From Iphione sp. A-MEVVRFRX5 (lineage: Eukaryota), in contig OZ320322.1 of the NCBI GenBank assembly GCA_976226885.1, forward strand, positions 48,236,001-48,300,000: a DNA stretch of 64,000 nucleotides, written 5' to 3'. This document shows positions 14,500-27,300 of this stretch, one piece after another (positions within the stretch are counted from its first letter, which is position 1; the number at the start of each line of letters is the position of its first letter). A program made the translations under genes and the position numbers. The notes under the pieces were generated by a model, which worked only from the letters and a program-made list of their open reading frames with translations, made no database searches and was not told the DNA's origin.

Positions 14500-15400
14500 C
14501 CGCCACTTCCCACTGCCCGCAACTATACCTGATCTCCTGTTCTCTGCTAGCTGCGTTATCCCCTCAGCTAAACTCTACATATTATGGTATTCCCTCCCCT
14601 CTCATCTATTGTATCTACTCCGTTGGTCTGTACTGGCTGAGCTAGTCCCTCCACTCATCTCTAGCTATCATCGTACTCCCTCCATTCCCCACTGTTGTAC
14701 CTACTCCCCTGGTCTCCACCGACTAAGCTAGCTCCTCACCACCTATCATGGTACTCCCTCCCCCTACCACTGCCCTCTATTGTACCTGCTGCCCTGGTCT
14801 CTGCTGGCTGCGTTTCTTCTGCCCTTTCTCTCTGCCTATCATGATGCCACTCCCCCTAAGCAGCAACCCTCTATTACACCTGCTTCCCTGGTATCTGCTG
14901 GCCAAGTTATCCCCTCATATCTACCCATCATGGTGCCCCTTCCCCTCACCAATACCCCCCTCCCCATTATAATACCTGCTCTGTTGGTCTCCGCTGGAGT
15001 TATCTACCCTATCACCTCTACCTATCACGGCGCCCCTTTTTTCTACCTATCACGGAGCACATTTCAGCATTAAATCAAAGAAGATCAAAAGAAAGTTACT
15101 GCGTTTTTTATGTCTCGCAAAAAAACGTGCGACATAACGACAGTTGTCTAGCCCTGCTCTGTTGTGCCTGCTGTCCTGGTCTCCACTGGCTGAGCTATCC
15201 CCTAACTTCTCCCTGTCATGCTACCCCTTCCACTCGCCTCCACCAACCAAGGAGCTCCCTCGCTTCCCTACCACCAGGCAGAGCAACCTCCACTCCACTC
15301 TGCCGGCCATACTCTCCTTAATACAAATTAGTTCGCTTCATTACCTCCTCATTGGCCATTATCGCGGTAACCTCCCAAGTTGACCTCATATTAACCTTGA
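14500..15400. repeat. Degenerate pyrimidine-rich minisatellite, ~75-90 bp unit, ~7 copies
   Basis: Recurring core ATTGTACCTRCTNCCCTGGTCTCTRCTGGCTRAGCTA..CCCT...CTACCTATCATGGTACTCCCTCCCCT between 14560 and 15050, with one more copy at ~15160-15230. Confidence 0.7.
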
Positions 15401-16585
15401 ATTCTCCTGTATATTTTCGATCTGCCGCGTTCAAACTTTACATTAACCCAGGAATCTTAAGTTACGAAATATTTACGTTTTATTCACTTTAATTGAAATG
15501 TTATATCATATTTCAACATAGAAAAGGTCTCACTTTCCAGCTGTTTTGTTTTTATATGTAACATGTGTGATGCAACTTAAAACATTAGTTAAAAATCGAA
15601 GTTAACAAAATATCTTGTGGGTTAGAATAAATCTGATATACATGTATGTTCTTAAATTGTAGATGAACACACTAACACAACAAGGCGGATTCGATTTACG
15701 TTGTTTTTAATTTCCCAACGTTTAGGACAGTGTAATTACCCTTTTCAGGGGTCATATATATACATGTACATGTAGTTGATCCAGATGTAAACATTTGCCA
15801 AAGTTAAGTTAGACCCCTAGCCTAAAGTTCAGGTTAAACTTATCTCTATACTTCTCCCAAATGTCAATAACGGATGTAGCTGGTAGTTGAAGAGACTCTC
15901 AACAACAACAACACAAGTATTCCAGGGTTTGCCATGTCCTAAGTACATCATGCCATAGCTTGCTTTAAGTTGCCACTGACCACAATTTCAGATATCTCCC
16001 ATGAAAAAGTGCTCATGTTTTGCCAATTAACTATGTCCTGAGCCAGTTTGCAACCTCCAGCCACATTGTAGACACAGTTTACTGTCTTGCCACAAATTTC
16101 CGTATCTCACCGCAGTTTATTTTATTATAATTTACCACATTACCAATATGACAAAACTGAAATGACTCCAACAAAGCCTTCTGCGACTACGGGGTCAAAG
16201 AAAGGAGGGACCCTGCTTTTACAGACATCCACGAGCCAAGTGGCTTCCAACATTTAGTAAAATCCAGTGTAAGAAACTCGCATCACTGGAGAAGTGGAAA
16301 GTATTTCTGGTAAGTTGGCAAATTCACCTAAGAGGACGCCAGGTGGCAGTAGGCTCTGGTACGGAACCATCAGTATTTTAGGCACCATTTCTTAGTTCAT
16401 TTTTTAACTAAAATTTGGAGTGAAAGAGATGTAGTCTTACTCCCCTGATCAGTGACAATGTTTATATGTTAACCTATTCAGGTATTGTCATGGAATGTCG
16501 GTCGCAATGGCCAGCCATCCTAATGTCTGACAACCTGTATGACCATCCATGGTCATTTATGGCTGGTATTTTTCTGTAAATATGG

Positions 16586-16621
16586 CTAACCCTAACCCTA
16601 ACCCTAACCTTAACCCTAACC
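16586..16621. repeat. Interstitial telomere-like (TAACCC)n run, ~6 units
   Basis: ctaaccctaaccctaaccctaaccttaaccctaacc, with one TAACCT variant, flanked by inverted arms. Confidence 0.85.
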
Positions 16622-17499
16622 ACTACAGGACATATTGACTGATCACCCCTGCCATATAAACCCGGCCATAAGTTACACCGGTCACTCTGACTGGCACCCT
16701 CGTCATGTTTGTCAGGTAATTTCTTTATTCGGGTTTCTCCAGTTTTACATCTCTCCTCTGTCATACTTCCTACAGTGTACATTATCATTGCACCTAGACA
16801 TTGTTTCAAATCCCTCACTTCCTCTGAAAAGGTTCCCTTTTGACAAAACAATGTTTACTAAACTGCGATCTGGGGTCAACAAAGCAGTTCACACTTGAGT
16901 AACAATGCGCTAGATTGGAAACTCTACCTCGCTGTCTCTCTGCTGGGAGGCAGCAGGTGATACTGCAACTCCTGCCATGCCATGGCACCACCCTCAGTTC
17001 TATGCTATACATGCATCTTTGATGGCATGGCAACCTAGGTAAGGTAAAGTTTTACACTCTTTGTAAAACTAGTCTAATTTTTGTACTCTTTTGTGCTGTG
17101 TTTGTCCTATTATAGATATGCACAATACCCTTAGCTAGTTTTTATAAAGCGTTTCAGTCATATATTCATTCTGCATTTCTTTGCCTGCAGAGAGGAAGAA
17201 TTCAGCACATGGTGCCTCTGTAGCAAAAAAGTTGTTGTTTAAACATTATTTCACCTGGCATAGATTATGCCAGGACATAAGCAAGCAAATATGTACAGTT
17301 AGTTGTGAGTGTCGTATAGAATAGGGCCTCAATCCCCAGTCGCAAGTCATTGAATGAATACTGTTCTGTACACCAGTGGTAGTTGGCAACAGCATGTATC
17401 ACTATACAAACTGAAACTAAGGCCTTTTCATGAAATTTATACAGAACAACCCAAGCGCAGAAAAATGCACATGAAAATTTTTGTTGGTCACGAGACCTT

Positions 17500-18860
17500 G
17501 TAATAACGCAGTATGGCATCCAATGAGGCAAACAACCAAGACCTATGACTACACAGGGCCAGCCTCCACAAAAGGCAAAACAGCCATCAAAGCCCAAAGA
17601 ATGGGATACAGCATTTGAGAGGTCCTCCAGGTCTAAGCAACAGGAGCCCACAACTGCTATTCTGGATACAGTTATCTCTTGGAATCAGACCATGGCTGAT
17701 TTTAGGGGTGATATGGCTCATATCAAAATGAGGACCAGTCATTAAATTTCATGCAACCCAGCAAAGTCCCATCTGCTTTTTGGCCTTTTACCACAGCAAA
17801 GCACTCATCAGGTTTTCAATGGAAAAATACTCTACATGATTTATTTGAAGAGTATCAGGAGCATCTTGAAAAGGATCAAGTGGTGGGCCCTGATATCCTG
17901 CAGAATATTGTGAATTTCATCAATGAAGTCCAACTCAAGTGTTGGGAGGAACCATCAGTGAACAAGAAGAAGGAGCTGTATCCTCAACCAGCCAGTTGCA
18001 TTGGCCTTTAACTGATGAAGCTAAATGATCCCGTGTGACCAACTCTGATGAAAGCTGCATTGGTTAAAGGGGCCATGATGGTTGTGTAGGTGTCCCAGAG
18101 GGATCTCTTGCTGCAACCATCCTTGAACACATTACTAGATGTGCTTCATGTTCTCAAAGGGACAACACAGACCCCATCAAGAGACGTGATGATGACATCC
18201 ATTTCACCTCGAAAGTGGAATACCAATGATTGGGATCTCCGGTTCAGCCTGCATTACACACTTTCCTATTCTGAGATGACTTGTAGGGATTGTTAAAGAC
18301 CCTGTAAATTGTCAACAAATTCACCTACAAGGTGGATCATGTGAAGACAGTCAAGAATAGCTGACGCAAATTTGGCAGAAGGAGAAGTAATAAGCATGGT
18401 CGGGAAAGGTTCCAACCCTATAGCTCTTACTTTAACAAGAAATTTCAATGCAGTTCCACTTCTGTAGCCTCTGTGTCATCTGATCAGCACCAGCATTATA
18501 GGGTAAGACACCCCCCCAAGAAGTGATTCTGAGTGATTTTGATGCTGGCAACTTAGTACATAAGATTCATGTTTGGGAACAGCTTTCATCAGACCCAGAA
18601 ATTTTAAATATTGTTCATCACATTAAGTTGGAGTTTCATTGCCAGTCTCCATCTAAAAATTTCTTAAGCCTTTGCAGTGTGAGTCATTGTTCCAGATTAT
18701 TCACCCTCCCCTTTCCGGTGCAGACATTTGCCAAGGATCAAACCTGATGGGTCCATCCACCTGATTCTGGATTTATCTGAGCTGAACAAGTTCATCCCCT
18801 TCATTCATTTTAAAATGGATATGTTCCATTCAGTCACTCAAACTCTACACAGTTGGACCT
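17500..18860 (+). mobile_element. Decayed DIRS-type (tyrosine-recombinase) retrotransposon: gag-like region plus RT N-terminus
   Basis: Gag-like ...KKKELYPQPASCIGL*LMKLNDPV.. (17950-18040). RT start DFDAGNLVHKIHVWEQLSSDPEILNIVHHIKLEF (18535-18640) and KPDGSIHLILDLSELNKFIPFIHFKMDMF (18740-18830) match the DIRS pattern AGRL..W..LTSD..IL.IV.G..IEF / KKDGSYR.ILNLK.LN.FV...HFKME. Interrupted by stops and deletions; no recombinase seen. Confidence 0.7.
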
Positions 18861-21800
18861 CGCCTACTGGATACTCATTATCTTTAATGCTGCATTAACT
18901 GTGCACAACTTGAGGAACATATGTATCTTATTTAATGTTTTCATGCCTTGTTAACTGAAAAATCTGTTATCCATATAAAAATTCATGTAATGGACCAACT
19001 CCGGTTTATGTGGTTTGACTGTACAAGAATTTGTTGGATGGCCTCAATGGATCTCAGGAGCCTATCACATGGTATCACTTCATACAGATCAATTGAAATA
19101 CCTGTTTTTTCATGGAATGGCCTATACTATAGGAATTATATATGTTGGAATATATGTTAAGTTGAGAATGAAATATAAATTGGCATACAAGGTACCATGA
19201 TTGAGGGTGTGGGGCACAGCCACCACCTACATTTGTATGATATTGTGTGTTTGAAGGCCATGGGGCACAGCCATTGGTTATGTGTATATTGGATTATGCT
19301 ATGCATATAATGTTTGATAGATGTATGAACATGAAATGTTTAACAGCTGGCAACTGTCACATAGGGTGCAGCCACTATGCAAAGATTGATGATTATAGGT
19401 GAGCACATAGGGCAAAGCCACTGTGCTGCTGCATTGAGACAGTTTACTGACATAAATCATGAAAAGAATTTTATTCTGTCATTTTAATATTAATATCATT
19501 TAGATCTCCCACAAATACATCACATACTTTCATGTCATGTTGTCATGGAGAAAGGAGATAAGCAGCTGGATGTACATACATAAATGCATCATTCCAGAGT
19601 ATAAAGGTTTGTTTAAAAATGCCTTTTGGCCTCGCATCAGCATCAGATTGTTCACCAAGCTCCTTAAGCTACACCTAGCATCTCTACATGAAGACGGACA
19701 TGATGCACTCTGCTTTAAATTCAGCAGTTGCCAATCTATTGATTAACTTTGGGGGACGATGTCAACTGAAAGAATTCTCCTAGTCCAATGTAGAAACTGT
19801 TATTTTTAACGTATTTTGTAGAACTCCACAAAATATCAATACTGTAATTGTTTTAGATGAATTCTTGACAGGGAAAGATGTTACTAATCCTACACAATAT
19901 TTACTTGTTAGATGAATCTTTGTTAGGGTAGATTTCTGTTAGGATAGGGAGTTCATGATCTGCCCAGACCATAACTTATAAAGTCTGCAGTGGATTGTCT
20001 AATTGATGCATCACTGTGTGACAGGACAACATGCTCTATGGTCACAATATCTGTCAAGTGAAGTGTTTGATAGCCAATGACATTATGCCATTTTTCATGT
20101 GACTTGTGTACCGATCCACACAGATGACATTCGAGCAACACTGTCACTCATGCATGACCATATTAGAATTATGACTATTATATGTCATTACATGGTTATG
20201 TCAATTTATGGACATATATCCATTGAGAAAATGGTGTAATGTCTATATTTTCATAGTACATGTATATGTGAAAGTGCAGCATACTGACAGTATGACAAGA
20301 AACCTTTTTTTTTAATTTTGAGCATTGTATGTAATGAAAGAAAGACTGTCATGTGATGGGTGGATGTGGCTATGAGACAGTATGGTGATGAGTCAATTTA
20401 TAGAATTCTTACTTTATACAAGGTGTGTAGTGAATTGCCTAATTTATAGAATGCCTACTTTATATTTAGGATTCTTTTCTGTACTTAACCTGACGTATGA
20501 GTTAAGAAATACTATACTTGTATTTAGTTTAAATGCATTTCATTTAAACCCTTATGGCAGCTATCTGTATAAATAGGGCTACTTTTGTTTATGGAAAGTT
20601 TCGTACTACAGCTTATATAAGGAAAACCTCACCTCAACGGACATTGGCAGGACTGGCGTCAAAATGTTCGTATTAGGGTGTGCTCACTATAGTTGAGCTA
20701 CCCCTTTTCCTTCTCTCTCTATTTAGACAGTCTGGTGGTCAAACGATATCCCCTTTTTCCTCTCTCTCAACAAAGTAAAGAAACTTAATAAAGGGAGGTC
20801 CTGGCTAACAATGTCGACCATATTATCTGAACTTCCAACACATAAGAAAGGTGTGAGGGATGGCAGGGAGAAGTAGGGAGGACTCTCACAGATATTGCCA
20901 ACCATATACATGTACATGTACCCAGAACTACCAACACCTCACCCCCAGCCCTTCTGTCATACCTGCCTCAGGTGCTGGTAGAGTTACTGTCCGTTACTGT
21001 AAACCCTCTAAAATATGCATTTGGGACTGTGAATTGTCTGCCCAGGGGTGAGAGTCTGCTGTGAGTGTCCTCAGTAGCTGGGCAATGTTAAACATGAGTA
21101 AGAGGGTTTTTGCTTGGGACTAGACTAAATATGTGTGTTGTCAGGGTTGTCTGCAGTGGTTGGTCATCCATAAACTGAGGTTCCACTGTAGTTTAACACA
21201 TAATCCATTCACTATTAAGTATATGTAGTTTGTTGTTCTTTAGAGGTAGAGGGAATGTTGATTAGTTTTTGTGGTATCTGTCTAGATCCCAACAAAGAGG
21301 GCTGTTTGGCACTAAGCCAATCATATTTAATAGTGATTTGCCTAAATCATGGGTTCCACCATTTAAGAAAACAAAATATTAGTACTCATTTTAGCCTAAA
21401 ATGTAGAAAAGGCATTCTTCTTAAGAGAAGTACATGTATTGACAAATCTCTAGTAAGCAACCCACTCCGCAAGTATATGATGCCCTCCTGGAGAACAACA
21501 GGACTCCAATATGCCTCTCATCAAGACAGGTGCATAATGTTGACCAACTGAAACATCAGAAAAGGCCCTTATATTTTTGCATCAGCTTATTAAGTTAGGA
21601 CTTAGTTACAGTGCTCTCAATACTGCTAGGAATGCCCCATCAATCATCCTTAAGAAATATGAGCAGATACACTTTGAGCAATACTAGATCCCCAATAGGG
21701 TTATGGCAGGCATATAAGAATATACTTTGGATGTCAAAGTAGTCCTATTTTCTGCAAGGGTGGTTTACCTTTTTAGTTCATACCAGTGTGCTTTGCACGA

Positions 21801-24357
21801 TTTTGGAATAACGTCGCCGTGACGTTGTGCGTAAAAAACACGACGTATTTTTTAGGACAGGGTACCAGTCTACCCACCCCCAGAATTCAGTGGGACTGAA
21901 CTGGATCTTCCGGAACTATGCCTTTTTATATAAGGTATTTAACAAAGTGGTTATGCTGGGTTCTATTAGCTTCTTGTGGTAGGCTTCAGACAGTCTATAA
22001 TATTGACTCAGCCAATGTACATTAAATAGGTATGAACCATATGCAGATCACTTCCTTTTCTCCTTCGAAGCACACACAAGAGTGGAGAGAAAACCCAGTT
22101 AAAGAGTGTTAGTCCCTTTGAATCAGGAACTTTCACTTTGTGTAGTCATCCGTTTTAGGATTACATGAATCACACTAGAAACATAAAAGGGGACCAAGCT
22201 GCCTTGATCATTACTCATGTTTCCATACTGCTCTCACCATTTCCACTCTAGACAAGGTGGGTGAACGAAATGTATCAGGAGAGGTATTGACATGGGTACC
22301 TACCTTTACAGCACACAGTACCCAGGCTGCTACTCCCAAGTTTTTTTGCCACTGGATTACCCATACAAGAAAGTGTGAAGAAAGGCATGTGGGCAGATGA
22401 GAACATGCTTATCAGTTTTACTTTAAACACATCAAGTATGGTCGTTTTGACCCTTCTGAAAAAATTGGCTTATCCTAAACATATCACATGCTGTCTCCTA
22501 GTGGAGAGACAGCAAGTTGAGACTACTGTAGTTACACTAGCTTTAGTGCATTGGGACTCAGCCTGGTCTCAAAATATCAGATGAAGCAGGTGGCCTCCCT
22601 TTTGGAGGTGCTTGGGCCCGCCCTTTTTGTATTCTTCTGCACTTGTTTATGCTTCATCTTACGCTATTTGTATTTGATTGCCACTGTCTCCTACACCTTC
22701 AGCTCTCCTTAAGTACTAAGGGTAGCACTGTGGCATGGCAGGAGCTGCAACATCACCTGCTTTGTCCAATTCTCCAAGACCCAAAAACACCTGTAAAGGG
22801 GATGTGGATAAAATATTTTGGGTGAGAATGTGCAAAAGAAACATCCCCACTATCATAAGAGCACTCAGATCTCCTTAGATGATCTTCCTCTTCAAATCTA
22901 ACTCTTCGTTAGCACCCATCTCTTTATTTTGTATGAACTAAAAAGTATACAATTTAACGAATATGTGAGCAATTACATTTATTGAAAAACAATGTAAACT
23001 ATCCATATTTTCTAGATTTAGCTTCAAATGTGCAAAATAAGGAAATTGTATAACCCTTCTTGCTTTCACTGGAAAACAAATGCGAAGCACACCCCACCTG
23101 TAATTCAGCAGGCAGGGTCCACAAATTCAAGTAATTGTTAAGGTGATAGGTAGGTTGAATCCATACTGATTTTCATTTAAATTTCAAGCCTAAAAAAATT
23201 CTTGACTCATTGAATTTTTTGAACTCATTTGCATATCAGATCTTTAGGCAGTCGTATATGTCAAACCCAATTGTACTTTGGACAAGCAACGGTAATAAGT
23301 TGGAAATAAAATTTGCTACTATATTCAGTAGCTTACACTGCCAATGGAAACACGACTTTTCTTTCGGTGAACATGTATATCACACCCCCGGCAAGTTTTT
23401 GTAATTCTTTATTCATTATGGTCAAAAAAAGGGTCTTAAAGGGACTGAGCACACTTGGAAATGTAAGATTTGAAGCGGCATCACAGATATCACACTTCCG
23501 AAATGTACAAATATCATCATAATTAATATAACACTAAAATTCTACAAATTACAAATGTAAGGTCACATATTTATTAATCTGAAAATAGTCTCTGTCAATA
23601 ATTTTTTTCACTAGGAACGGTACTCACAAATAAAAACATCATAATATATTCCACTCCAATATTTACAATGATATTGGGAAGTGATTTTCCACTGCGGCAG
23701 GGCATAACAGTGATGGTCATAAAGTTACGATCCTGTAGTATTTTGTGTCCCACAAAGGGAGCCCATCAGCTGGTCACACTACCACCGGTAGGGGGGCCAG
23801 TGGGTGTAAGAAAATGGCGTAGTTTAGATCGGTTTCTCAATTAAACAGAGCAAAACTTTTATTTCAGTTTCCTTCAACATTATTTAGTATTAAATATTGA
23901 ACTTCTTCACGCTGATGATAGACAAGTATGCACATGATTGTATCAAGTCTTGAAAGAAGACATACTCCCCCCCCCATCCCCCAGTCTATTGCCCTCACTG
24001 TGGAAATGATGTCAACTGTAATGCTAGTCTCAACATCTCGGCTCCGTGGGACTACTGAAACTCACTCCGCTCATTCACTCAGTGAATATGTACAGCAAAT
24101 ATTCCATGCTTAAAAATACTCCCCGCGGACAAGACACTTTACGCATGTCCCACCTGTTTATCATTAAGGTATAAGTGCTATGGTTAGAAGGTTCTAAAAC
24201 CACTGTTTCCTTGTTCCCCCTTCCCATGTCCCAATTCCCATATTCATGAACAATTTACTTAGTATGGTAAGATGAGATCCTTAGTAAAAAAAGGTTCCCA
24301 AATATGATGAACAGTCATGAAGCGTTGCTGATGAATGGTGAATCACTACATTTACTA

Positions 24358-27300
24358 TCAGTAGCCTTGCAGACCATTGTATGTGCGCTGCTTTGACTCT
24401 TGTTTAAGAATGGTTTTAATGCCTGAAAGAAGAAAAGAATAATCAGGTTTACCATTGGAGGGCATCAACTTGAATCATGAATCATTAAGAACATCGCTTT
24501 GACATGTTCATGAAAATATCCATCAAAAGGTAGCACAGGTACCTGACCTCAAAATTATTCCGGCCAGCACTACTTCTTACAGATGGAATTACTGATATCT
24601 ATTTTCATTGAAGGTCAGAGACAGAGGTGAAGTCTCCCTTTAAGGAAAGTGTGCCACTGTACACGATTGATAAGAAGATACTTGAGATTGAAGAGCGGCC
24701 AGAGATACAAGAGTTCACAGCTCGACGTACCTTGCTTATCCTCCTCGGTGAGCTCTCCTTTCGGGAAGCTGACGTCAAAAGTTATCACTAACGTTCCTCG
24801 TAGATTGTTATTCTCGTAGTTGGGCATACCTTCGTCCTTCTTTCTAATACGCGCCCCTGGCCACGTTATTTTGTCTCTGACGATATGAACCTAGTCAAAG
24901 AGGAAAGGATAGTAAGTTATCGCCATCTCCGTGACCTCTCGTCACATGACGGAACACGTTCAAACAGGTTTCCAAACAAAGTGAGAGAACGTTAAAAAAA
25001 AAGAACAGCTTAATTATGTGTGACTGAGGAGCACAGAAATTATCGTCTGGACGAGAAGGGAGTATGGAGAACAAATGTGAGTGAGAGGTGGTTGGGGGGG
25101 AGGGGATAGACAGAGACAGACAGACGTAGACCAAGGAGACAGGCGGAGGCATCCCCAAGAAAAGTCAGAGAAAATGGCAGGCGTTCCTGAATTGTATATA
25201 CATGTATACATACATATATGTACATATATATATTCTTCTACAAACAGTGCCACATGATGCACGTTTATATAAGACGTTATTTATCAGAAGTATCTAGACT
25301 CTTCTCTTTTAGATCAAGTCTCCACGTTGAAATAGTTTCCTTTACTCGGGCAAGAACATGGATAATACCTTGCGAAGAACAATGAAAAAAGCCTACCCCA
25401 ACTTTACCCTGAATAATCCATTACCATGAATACTCTTTTAATGATGAAATAGTTGCACACAATTAATCTACTTTCATATTTAGCATAAAATATGGGCTTG
25501 ATTTCCTACTGGCGGATCTGTCAATCACAGAGGTGGACTCAGACTGCTGGCTGTCAGCTGATGTGGTGATAAGGGAGAGGATCAGATAGTATAGAGTTCC
25601 TAGTAGCAGGCAACCTCTACTATCTGGATCAGACTAAGCTTGTAAAACTACTAGCAGTCAACAGGCAGCGAATAGAAGCCCGTTAGTCATGCACACAATA
25701 CCACCACAGTGCTAACCTATCTACTTTTTATTTACGTGCGGCTTGTAACAGTGGTAGGTTTAGATTGGGCTACTGACCAAGTTACCAACCCCCACCCCTC
25801 TCCCCGAATCTGAACAAAGTCCCTTTCAGACTACATGCATTCTGCTCTGAAAAGGTTGGTTCTTGGATCGAAATGTAATATAACGATAACATTACTTAAT
25901 TACGTGAACAGTCATGCATATTACAGCTCATCCATGTGAACTCCGTGTTCGACAGACATAACTCTATATCAACGATAGAGCCAGTTTGGGGAGGTATTTA
26001 ATTCGCTGCAAGTGTGTGTAGCCTCTTTGTTCCTCAAAGACGACGGGGCAAATTTCGGTTACAGGATACTCATTCAAATGAGTCACAGTAAATGGACTTG
26101 GTGTATGAAAACAAGGAAAGGGACCGACTTCGTCTACAGAAGTCCTACTACAGGAAATTCAATGGGCTTGGGCCAAATGTCATTTTGTAGTAGGTTCAAT
26201 TGGTATCTGAACTTGTTTGTAGTCATACACGCCCGTCATAATTGTCTGAGACCTGTGCGTCACAGCGGAAGGGAGGTTTGTATAAAGGCAGTTTGGAATA
26301 TCAGAGCTGGTATCTTCCTGTGCCATTTCCAGTGCAGCAGCTCGTATCTTTCAGTGCCATTTCAAGTGGCAGCACCTAGCTATAGTGGGACAGTATTACT
26401 CGTGATATACATGTACTTTTGTTACGCTTTTGGGATGCACGGCCGAGGGGGTCTCTAGGTTTACACTCACCTTGTGGCCATCCAAGTGGATGATATCCAT
26501 CTCGAACCCAACTAGGCTATCAACTAAGGAGATGGTGACATTCGTATACAAGTCGTCGCCTTTCCTCTCAAACTTTGGATGCCTGTGAGACGAAATAGCA
26601 CATTATACGCGCGTTACACACTACAGATGATATCGCTTCTTCACAGAAAATGTGTATGTGTTTGTCATAATTAAATGTGACAAAATTTTGTGTCGAAGTC
26701 TCTTTTGAACATTTACTTTTCCAAATAAAAGCTAGGAGATTTTAAGTGTTACTACTTGTGTTAAAATCGTCACGGGAAGAAATGTTCACGCTAAGAAATG
26801 CAGTAATCCTTACTTTAATTGTCTTATTCTGAACTTAAGATCTCCTGGTTCGCCGTCAATATGAGGTTCCCCTGAAATGAAATAAATGCGTAAGATTGCG
26901 AAACAAAATTATTTCAGCCATGCAAGTTGGGGCCTTATATATTCATCGATGATGATTAGCATTGATATTAAGGGAGGAAGGGGGGGGACTAGGATCGCCA
27001 ATCTTTTAACATGTCGATCTGGTCTTGTGTAGCTAGTATATTCGTGTGGTACTTTTAACTGTCACACAAGTACCTAAATACGTTGCCAGCTTTAATTTTT
27101 TCCCCTTTTCGAACAATAAACTAAGCCGAAGATTGAAGTATAGGTGACCCTTCTTCCTTAAAATCTTTGTGCCTTCAAATCTCTGCCGCTTAACAAACAA
27201 ATTCACAAGGGGGTGCATGTAAGAATGAGAAGACGCTCAATATAATAGAAAAGCTTTTGATGTCACTCTCTCGGATTGATGATCTGGCACATATTACACC

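Noticed and set aside
24303-24333. C/D-box snoRNA (ATGATGA...CTGA)
   Set aside because: The boxes are only ~20 nt apart, there is no terminal stem, and it lies antisense in the DNAJB11 3' UTR.
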